Assembly: GCA_965247095.1 (NCBI GenBank)
Contig: OZ251997.1
Coordinates: forward strand, 3,136,001 to 3,200,000
Length of the DNA stretch: 64,000 bases
Source of the DNA: Candidatus Multivorans sp.
GTDB lineage: Bacteria; Acidobacteriota; Thermoanaerobaculia; Multivoradales; Multivoraceae
Direction of reading: 5' to 3'
Each line of letters opens with the position of its first letter. The first letter of the stretch is position 1. The notes below the pieces were generated by a model, which worked only from the letters and a program-made list of their open reading frames with translations, searched no databases and was not told where the DNA came from. A program made the position numbers and the translations under genes. This document shows, piece by piece, positions 57,677-64,000 of the stretch.

Positions 57677-57961
57677 TCACTCTTCCGTGAGCCCGAACCG
57701 CGCACGAAGCTCCTCGACCGTCATCACCACGCCCTTCCCGGCTCGGATCTCCTCATCGGCTTGCCGAATCCTCTCGGCGTTCTTCGGCGAGCGAAGGAGG
57801 TACTCCGTTTCCATCCAAGCGCTCAGCTCGCTCGCCGCGATGAGAGCGACGTCCTCCTTGCCACGCCGTCTTATGTACACCGGCTCCCGCGTGTCCGTCA
57901 CCTGATCCATCAGCGTGGCGAGGTTCTGGCGCGCGCCGGTGTAGGTGGTTTCTCTGATCAT
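57677..57961 (-). CDS. YefM/Phd-family antitoxin with no downstream toxin
   Basis: TYTGARQNLATLMDQV, ETEYLLRSPKNAERI. Confidence 0.85.
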   Translation of the reverse strand: MIRETTYTGARQNLATLMDQVTDTREPVYIRRRGKEDVALIAASELSAWMETEYLLRSPKNAERIRQADEEIRAGKGVVMTVEELRARFGLTEE

Positions 57962-58052
57962 GTGGTTGCTCCGACCTTGCCCTCGGAACGCGCGAATCCT
58001 GCTCGTGTCCGGGCAGTGTTTCGGGGACGACCGCCGCGGATCTCGGCGAGAC

Positions 58053-58069
58053 GTACATGGATTCTGTAC
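58053..58069 (-). promoter_or_regulatory. Possible YefM-type operator palindrome
   Basis: GTACA-N7-TGTAC upstream of the antitoxin gene. Confidence 0.4.
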
Positions 58070-58160
58070 CGCTACGGCCGCCCGCGCAAGCGGGCCGCAG
58101 CGCCTCACTGCGGGCAGCCGGCGGAGAAGCCGGCGCATCCAGTGGTTGCCGTCGGCGGCA

Positions 58161-59939
58161 CTACCCCTGCTGCTCGATCCACCAGTCGATGTGCTCTTCC
58201 AGCACCACCATCGGCATGGCGCCGCTACCGATCACGGCGGCGTGGAAGGCCTTGAGGTCGAACTGGTCGCCGAGCCCGTCTTCGGCCTTCTTGCGCAGGC
58301 GGAGGATCTCGAGGTTGCCGATGCGGTAGGCGAGCGCCTGGCCGTGGATGTCGGCTGAGTAGCGGAGGAGTTCGGTGGCAATCTCGACGTCGGAGTAGAC
58401 GACCCGCGCGCTCATGAACTCGCGGGCGCGCTCGAGGTCCCAGCCCAGGTGGTTCATGCCCGTGTCGATCACCAGCCGGCACGAAATGAACATCTCCATG
58501 ACCAGGCGCCCGTAGAGGTCGCACGGGTCCTTATACATGCCCATCTCCTTGCCCAGGTTGGCGGCGTACTCGGCCCAGCCTTCGGTGAAGGCGCCGTACC
58601 CGATCGTCTCGCGCCGGAACCGGGGCAGGTCCTCGCGCTCGTTCGCCAGCGCGAGCTGGAAGTGGTGTCCGGGGATCAGCTCGTGGTAGATCAGCCCCTG
58701 GGCCGAGAACAGGGACCGGTTCTCCAGGTCGGAGCCGTTGTAGCGGTACTCGCCGCGCGGGTTGGCCACGGTCGGGAGCTGGTAGACGCCGAAGGTCATC
58801 GTCGCTTCCGAGGTCTCGTCGAGCCGGCGGACGCCGTACGGCGCTTCCGGCAGAGCCTCGAAGTAGTCGGCGACGCGGGGCTCGATCTTCTCGATGTAGC
58901 CCATGTACCGCTCTTCGACCTCCTCGGCCGAGCTGGCGACGAAGCGCGGGTCGGCTCGCACCTGGTCGAGGAACTCCTTCATTGCGGTCTCCTCGGAGCT
59001 GGCCATAAAACCGATCTGCTCCCGTAGCGCCGCCATCTCTGTTTCGAGCCGCGCCACCTCTTCCAGGCCGATCTCGTGGATCTCCTCGGGCGAGAGGTCG
59101 GTCGTCGTGTGCATGCGAACGCGGTGGAGGTAGAGATCGCGTCCGCCGGGCACGCCTCCCAGTCCCACCTGCTCGGGCGCCGCCTCCAGGTAGTCGTCGC
59201 CGAGTTCGGCGATCAAGCGAGTGAATTCGCTGTCGATAGCCGTTTCGATCTTCTGCCGGACTTCGGCCAGGAAGCCCTCCGCCCCGTCGCCGACGCGGTC
59301 CGGGCCGGGCAGGAACAACTTTTCGAGACGACCGCGGTACCCCTCGAACATGCCGACGACGTTGGGGACCTGGGCCTTCGGTAGATAGATGCCGCGCTCC
59401 TTCTGCCCCTCAACCTTGTCGGCGAGCTGCCCGATGGTCTGCCCATACTCGCCGAGCAGGTGAAGGTAGTGAGCCCTCTCCTCGTCGGTTCCCAGTGGAG
59501 CGGCACCCAGCACCTGGTGGAGGATGTCCAGGACGAACCCCCCGGCGGCATAGGGCGTGATGTTGAAGTCCGCCCAGTAGTGCTCCGGCGCCTTGATCAG
59601 GAGGCCGAGATTCCAACGCAGCAGCTCCAGCGAGATCCAGTCCTCGTGGTCGATCGCCTGCTCGTCGATGTCCGCCAGCCGGTCGAGGAGGTTCTGCGCG
59701 AAGGCCGCGTTCGCCTCGGCCGCCTCCAGCGTCGAGTCCGGGAACTCCGTCACCGTCTCGCCGCGCCGGAATCTGATGTACGGGCTCTGGTCGGCGGCGA
59801 ACGCCGCGTACTCGTCGCCGACGGACGCGATGAGCGCCGATGAACCAGGGCCGGCGGCCTCCCCATCCGTGGTCCGCGCGCCGCAAGCCGGCAGCAGAAG
59901 GACGACGAGCAAGGCAGCGAAGATCGATATCCGTTTCAT
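58161..59939 (-). CDS. DUF885 family lipoprotein
   Basis: Lipobox LPAC; HELIPGHHFQ, TEGWAEYA, GQALAYRIG. Confidence 0.9.
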   Translation of the reverse strand: MKRISIFAALLVVLLLPACGARTTDGEAAGPGSSALIASVGDEYAAFAADQSPYIRFRRGETVTEFPDSTLEAAEANAAFAQNLLDRLADIDEQAIDHEDWISLELLRWNLGLLIKAPEHYWADFNITPYAAGGFVLDILHQVLGAAPLGTDEERAHYLHLLGEYGQTIGQLADKVEGQKERGIYLPKAQVPNVVGMFEGYRGRLEKLFLPGPDRVGDGAEGFLAEVRQKIETAIDSEFTRLIAELGDDYLEAAPEQVGLGGVPGGRDLYLHRVRMHTTTDLSPEEIHEIGLEEVARLETEMAALREQIGFMASSEETAMKEFLDQVRADPRFVASSAEEVEERYMGYIEKIEPRVADYFEALPEAPYGVRRLDETSEATMTFGVYQLPTVANPRGEYRYNGSDLENRSLFSAQGLIYHELIPGHHFQLALANEREDLPRFRRETIGYGAFTEGWAEYAANLGKEMGMYKDPCDLYGRLVMEMFISCRLVIDTGMNHLGWDLERAREFMSARVVYSDVEIATELLRYSADIHGQALAYRIGNLEILRLRKKAEDGLGDQFDLKAFHAAVIGSGAMPMVVLEEHIDWWIEQQG

Positions 59940-60014
59940 GGCTTCGAGAACCTCCTCGTCGTCACACTGTCTCATGAACTCTGCTCGGTATGGCTAGCGC
60001 CGTCTATAACCAGA

Positions 60015-60145
60015 CCGGCGCTTCGCGCCGGATGCGGGCAGGATGCCCGCGTGCCATCCGTGCGCCCGATGACGGGCGCACGGAGTGGTTCGCGGGTGCC
60101 GCGGATCGCGCCACCCGGGTTCCCAGGTCAGATCGTTCTACCGGG
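60015..60145. repeat. Module A MITE/REPIN-like copy overlapping the RND permease stop codon
   Basis: REP core split by a 68-bp hairpin insert; right end GATCGTTCTACC contains the minus-strand TAG at 60138-60140. Confidence 0.82.
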
Positions 60146-63100
60146 CAATCTCCCGAGTGCGACGGCCACTGAGGTAGAGCACCGGCACGACCAGCAGGTT
60201 CAGGAACGTCGACGTCAACAAACCTCCGAGAATGACCTGCGCCATCGGACTCAGGATCTCGTTGCCCGGGGCGCCCGCAGCCAGCACCAGCGGCACCAGC
60301 GCGAGTCCCGCGGTCAGGGCGGTCATCAGGACGGGCGCCATCCGCTCCCCCGAGCCGCGCCGCACGGCTTCGTCCAGCGGTAGCCCCTCGCCGAGCAGCC
60401 GCCGGTAGTTGCTGACCAGCAGCACGCCGTTGCGCGTGGCGATGCCGAACAGCGTGACGAAGCCGATCACGGTGGCAAGCGACAGGACGCCGTCGCCCAG
60501 AGCCACCGCGACGACGCCCCCAACGAGAGCCAGCGGGACATTGACGAGCATGATCAGGGTCTCGCGGTGACTGCCGAACTCGATGTAGAGGAGCCCGTAC
60601 ATGGCGACCAGGATGAGCACGACCAGCAGGGCCACGGTGGAGATGCGGCGGCCGGCTTCCTCGAACTGCCCACCGAAGGTCACGAAGTAGCCGGACGGCA
60701 GGTCGACCCCGGCGTCGACGGCGGCCTGCGCCCGCTCCACGGCGCCCACCAGATCGGCGCCCGTCGCGTTGGCGGTGATCATCGCCACCCGCTGCGCGTT
60801 CTCCCGCCGGATGAGCGACGGTCCGAGAGCGTGCCGGACCTCCGCCACGGCGCCCAGCCGAACCAGGTCCCCGGCCGGCGTCGAGACCGGAAGGGCCGCG
60901 ATCTTCTCGGGCGAGGACCGGAGGCTCGGCAGCAGACGCACGGCGACATCGGACGCCAGACCCTCCTCCACGATCTCGCCAACCACCACACCCTGGAAGA
61001 GTGCTTCCACTCCCTCCCCGAGGTCCGCCAGGGCAAGCCCGTGCCGTGCCATGGCCGTGCGATCGAAGTCGATCACCAGTTGGGGAATCGCCGCCTGCTC
61101 CTGGTTCGACAGGTCGACGATGCCGGGCACCGTGCCCAGAACCTGCTCGACCCGGGAAGCGAGCGTCCGCAACACGGCCAGGTCGGGCCCGAAGACCTTG
61201 ACCGCGAGATTGGTCCGGGACCCCGACATCATGTGGTCGATCCGGTGGCTGATCGGCTGCCCGAAGGAGACGGTCGTCCCCGGGATCGTTGCCACGGCCC
61301 GGCGCATCTCGGCGACCAGTTCGTCCTTTGAGCGCCCGCCTTCGAGCGGGGCCAACACCACTTCAATCTCGGAGGCGTTGACCCCCTGCACGTGCTCGTC
61401 CTTCTCGGCGCGACCGGTCCGGCGGCTAGTCGAAACCACCTCGGGGAAGGCGAGGAGCGCCTCCTCGACCTGGCTCCCCAGCCGGTCGCTCTCGGCGAGT
61501 GGGATTCCCGGCGGGCTGACGACCGCAACAGTCAGCGATCCCTCGTTGAACGGGGGCAGGAAGCTGCGGCCCAGACCGGGTACGAGCGCGGCCACGGGCG
61601 CCACCGCCAGGACCACCAGCAACAAGACCGCCCGGCGATGCCCGAGGCACCAGTTGAGCGTCGGCGTGTACCCCGCTCGGAACGCGCGCAGGAGCCAGGG
61701 CTCCCGGGCACGCAGCGCCTTCGCCCGCCCCAGCAGCAGGAGCGCCAGCACCGGCGTGACGGTCAGCGCCACCACGAGCGAGGCCGAGAGCGCCGCGATG
61801 AAGGCGAGGCCGAGTGGGCGGAGCAGCCGGCCCTCCAACCCCGGCAGGAAGAAGATCGGCACGAAGACCAGGACGACGACCAGGGTGGCGATGAGGATCG
61901 GGCTCAGCACCTCCCTCGTCGCCGCGGCGACAACCTCGGCCGCCGGCCGGCGATCGCCCCTCGTCAGACGCCGCTCCTCCTTCAGCCGGCGGAAGATGTT
62001 CTCGATCGCGATGATCGCGTCGTCGACCAGGAGACCGACCGCGATCGAAAGGCCGCCGAGCGTCATCGTGTCGATCTGGAGGCCCAGGGCCGCGATCACC
62101 AGAATCCCTGTGACCAGGGACAGCGGAATGGCGAACGCCGAGATCAGCGTCGTCCGGACGCTGCCGAGGAACAACGCCAGGATCACGATGACCAGGATCG
62201 CGCCCCAGCGAAGCGCTTCGGAGACGTTTCCGATCGCCACCTCGATGAAGTCGGCCTGACGGAAGTTCTCGCTCTCGAGAACCACCCCCGAAGGCAAAGT
62301 CTGCTGCAGCCGGGCGAGCGCCGCGTCGATCGCCCGGGTCAGTTCGAGCGTGTTGGCCTCCGGCTGTTTCTGAACCGACAGGATGACCGCCGGGCGGTTG
62401 CGGTACGACGCCGTGCCGCGAGCCGGCTCGGCGCCCCATTCGACGGTCGCGATGTCGCCGACCCGTAGAGGGACGCCGCCCGTGACCCGAACCACAGCGG
62501 CGGCCACGTCCTCGGGGCTGCGCGCCCGGGTGAGCCCGCGGACGATGTGCTCCTGCCCGCCCTCCACGTGAAAGCCCGCCGCCAGACTGCGGCTCGCGGC
62601 GGCCACCGCCTCGATGACGTCGGTGAGGGGCAAGCCATTCTGGGCGAGAGCAGCCGGCCGGACCGTGACCTGGAGCTGACGCCGTTCGCCGCCGATGGGG
62701 ACCACCTGGGAGACGCCGGGGATCGAGAGGAGCGTGCGCCGGACCACCGTCTCGGCCACACGGCGCAGTTCCATGGCACTGACGCCGCCGTCCGCGGCCG
62801 GCGCCGCGGTCATTGCGATGAACGTGATCTCACCCATGATCGACGAGATCGGCCCGAGCTCCGGCTGCTCGGCCTGGGCCGGGAGGTCGACCCGCTGCAG
62901 GCGCTCGTTGACGACTTGGCGGGCACGGTAGATGTCGGTTCCCCAGTCGAACTCGACCCACGCCACCGAGAGCCCGTCGGCGGAGACCGAGCGCAGCCGG
63001 CGCACTCCCGGTGATCCGTTGACCGCCGACTCGACCGGGAAGGTCACCAGGAGTTCGACCTCTTCGGCCGCCATGCCGGGAGCTTCGGTGATCACGGTCA

Positions 63101-63245
63101 CCGTCGGCGCGGAGAGGTCCGGGAAGATGTCCACCGGCAGGGTCGCGATAAAGAAAGCTCCGGCCAGGGTGAGAAGCGCGGCCCCGGTGACCACCAGCCA
63201 CCGGTAGCGGAGGGAGAACCGAAGCAGTCTTTCGAGGGGTCCCAT
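60138..63245 (-). CDS. CusA/CzcA-family heavy-metal RND efflux permease
   Basis: LPVDIFPDL, VDDAI, GIATRNG, PVLMTA; 1035 aa. Confidence 0.93.
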   Translation of the reverse strand: MGPLERLLRFSLRYRWLVVTGAALLTLAGAFFIATLPVDIFPDLSAPTVTVITEAPGMAAEEVELLVTFPVESAVNGSPGVRRLRSVSADGLSVAWVEFDWGTDIYRARQVVNERLQRVDLPAQAEQPELGPISSIMGEITFIAMTAAPAADGGVSAMELRRVAETVVRRTLLSIPGVSQVVPIGGERRQLQVTVRPAALAQNGLPLTDVIEAVAAASRSLAAGFHVEGGQEHIVRGLTRARSPEDVAAAVVRVTGGVPLRVGDIATVEWGAEPARGTASYRNRPAVILSVQKQPEANTLELTRAIDAALARLQQTLPSGVVLESENFRQADFIEVAIGNVSEALRWGAILVIVILALFLGSVRTTLISAFAIPLSLVTGILVIAALGLQIDTMTLGGLSIAVGLLVDDAIIAIENIFRRLKEERRLTRGDRRPAAEVVAAATREVLSPILIATLVVVLVFVPIFFLPGLEGRLLRPLGLAFIAALSASLVVALTVTPVLALLLLGRAKALRAREPWLLRAFRAGYTPTLNWCLGHRRAVLLLVVLAVAPVAALVPGLGRSFLPPFNEGSLTVAVVSPPGIPLAESDRLGSQVEEALLAFPEVVSTSRRTGRAEKDEHVQGVNASEIEVVLAPLEGGRSKDELVAEMRRAVATIPGTTVSFGQPISHRIDHMMSGSRTNLAVKVFGPDLAVLRTLASRVEQVLGTVPGIVDLSNQEQAAIPQLVIDFDRTAMARHGLALADLGEGVEALFQGVVVGEIVEEGLASDVAVRLLPSLRSSPEKIAALPVSTPAGDLVRLGAVAEVRHALGPSLIRRENAQRVAMITANATGADLVGAVERAQAAVDAGVDLPSGYFVTFGGQFEEAGRRISTVALLVVLILVAMYGLLYIEFGSHRETLIMLVNVPLALVGGVVAVALGDGVLSLATVIGFVTLFGIATRNGVLLVSNYRRLLGEGLPLDEAVRRGSGERMAPVLMTALTAGLALVPLVLAAGAPGNEILSPMAQVILGGLLTSTFLNLLVVPVLYLSGRRTREIAR

Positions 63246-63256
63246 TCGCTAAGCCC

Positions 63257-64000
63257 TTAGTGGACGTGACCCTCGGCCTCGCCGCTCGCCATCAGGGACG
63301 AGCGGCGAATGGCGTCGCCGCCGCGGGTCACCAGGCGCTGGCCCGGCGCCAGGCGCTCGACGCGCGCCCGGTCTCCCTGCCGCTCGAGCACGGTCACCCT
63401 CTGGCGCCCGAAGCTCTCCCCGGAGAGCTGCAGGAACACGACCGGCACGCCGCCGTCGTCGACCAGGGCCGACTCCGGAACGACGATGCCGGTCTCCTCG
63501 TCGGCGAGGAGGATCTGCGCCGCGACAGTCGATCCCAGTGCGAAGCCGGCGCCGCCAGGGCCAGGGACCTGCAGCAAGACGGTGACGGTACCTGTCCGCG
63601 GCGAGACTTCCGGCGCGACCGAGACGAGGGAGAGCCCCTCCTCGACTCTCACCGGCTCGCTCTCCGGATCCTCGAGCACAAGGCCCCGCACACCCGAGGC
63701 CGCGAGCCGCCGCGCTCCCTGCGGCGGCAACGCGACCTCGATCCACACCACGTCGGTTCGGACCAGGCGGGCAAGGGAGTCGCCGGCGGCCACCGTCGCG
63801 CCGGGTGTCGTGTTGACCGCGGCTATCCGGCCGGAAAACGGAGCCCTCAGGGAGATGCCGGCGCCGTCCGCTCCACCCTCGCGCGAGGAACGGGCCGACT
63901 CGAGGTCTCGCTCTGCCGCCCGGTGTCGGGCCTCAAGGGTCAGGACCCGAACCCGAGCCTCCTCCAGCTCGCGCCCACTCGTCGCTTCGAGAGCCAGGAG
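63257..64000 (-). CDS. RND periplasmic adaptor subunit (5' end beyond the window)
   Basis: Open frame to the window edge: LRAPFSGRI, VVPESALVD, C-terminal GHVH. Confidence 0.88.
   Translation of the reverse strand, partial: LLALEATSGRELEEARVRVLTLEARHRAAERDLESARSSREGGADGAGISLRAPFSGRIAAVNTTPGATVAAGDSLARLVRTDVVWIEVALPPQGARRLAASGVRGLVLEDPESEPVRVEEGLSLVSVAPEVSPRTGTVTVLLQVPGPGGAGFALGSTVAAQILLADEETGIVVPESALVDDGGVPVVFLQLSGESFGRQRVTVLERQGDRARVERLAPGQRLVTRGGDAIRRSSLMASGEAEGHVH

Noticed and set aside
50400-60150. Integron cassette array (TA genes plus hairpin repeats)
   Set aside because: No intI, mixed gene orientations, and the repeats lack attC RYYYAAC/GTTRRRY ends and do not follow each gene.

Overview
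High-GC bacterial chromosomal window. Gene content (Acidobacterial-type VWA protein, WFF...KVLDGC-domain surface proteins, DUF3604, DUF885, PhyH) suggests Acidobacteriota, possibly a Thermoanaerobaculia-like symbiont; this is inference only. Core genes include ilvD, ligA, pdxJ, glmM-cdaR-cdaA-ftsH-tilS, rpmG, three tRNAs, sodA, a CtpA-like protease, tatA/tatC and an RND metal efflux pair. Accessory content includes an IS4 nested inside another IS4 inside a hipA-like gene, a tandem pair of ISNCY/ISDol1-like elements, a frameshifting IS630, a toxin-antitoxin-rich stretch and pseudogene remnants. Three unexplained features stand out. (1) A REP-like palindrome family (GATGCGGGC-N5-GCCCGCGTTCCCAGG) sits between genes and also in-frame inside three proteins, always read as PGNAG(V/I)(S/L)PA. 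(2) CTAG sites formed by stop codons, including overlapping convergent TAG/TAG stops, are repeatedly used as non-disruptive insertion sites by IS elements and by modular hairpin mosaics. (3) An msbA-like ABC / FAAL / ACP / DUF374 (LpxJ-like) operon may be a dedicated lipid-acylation module. All calls come from reading motifs by eye; no searches were run.
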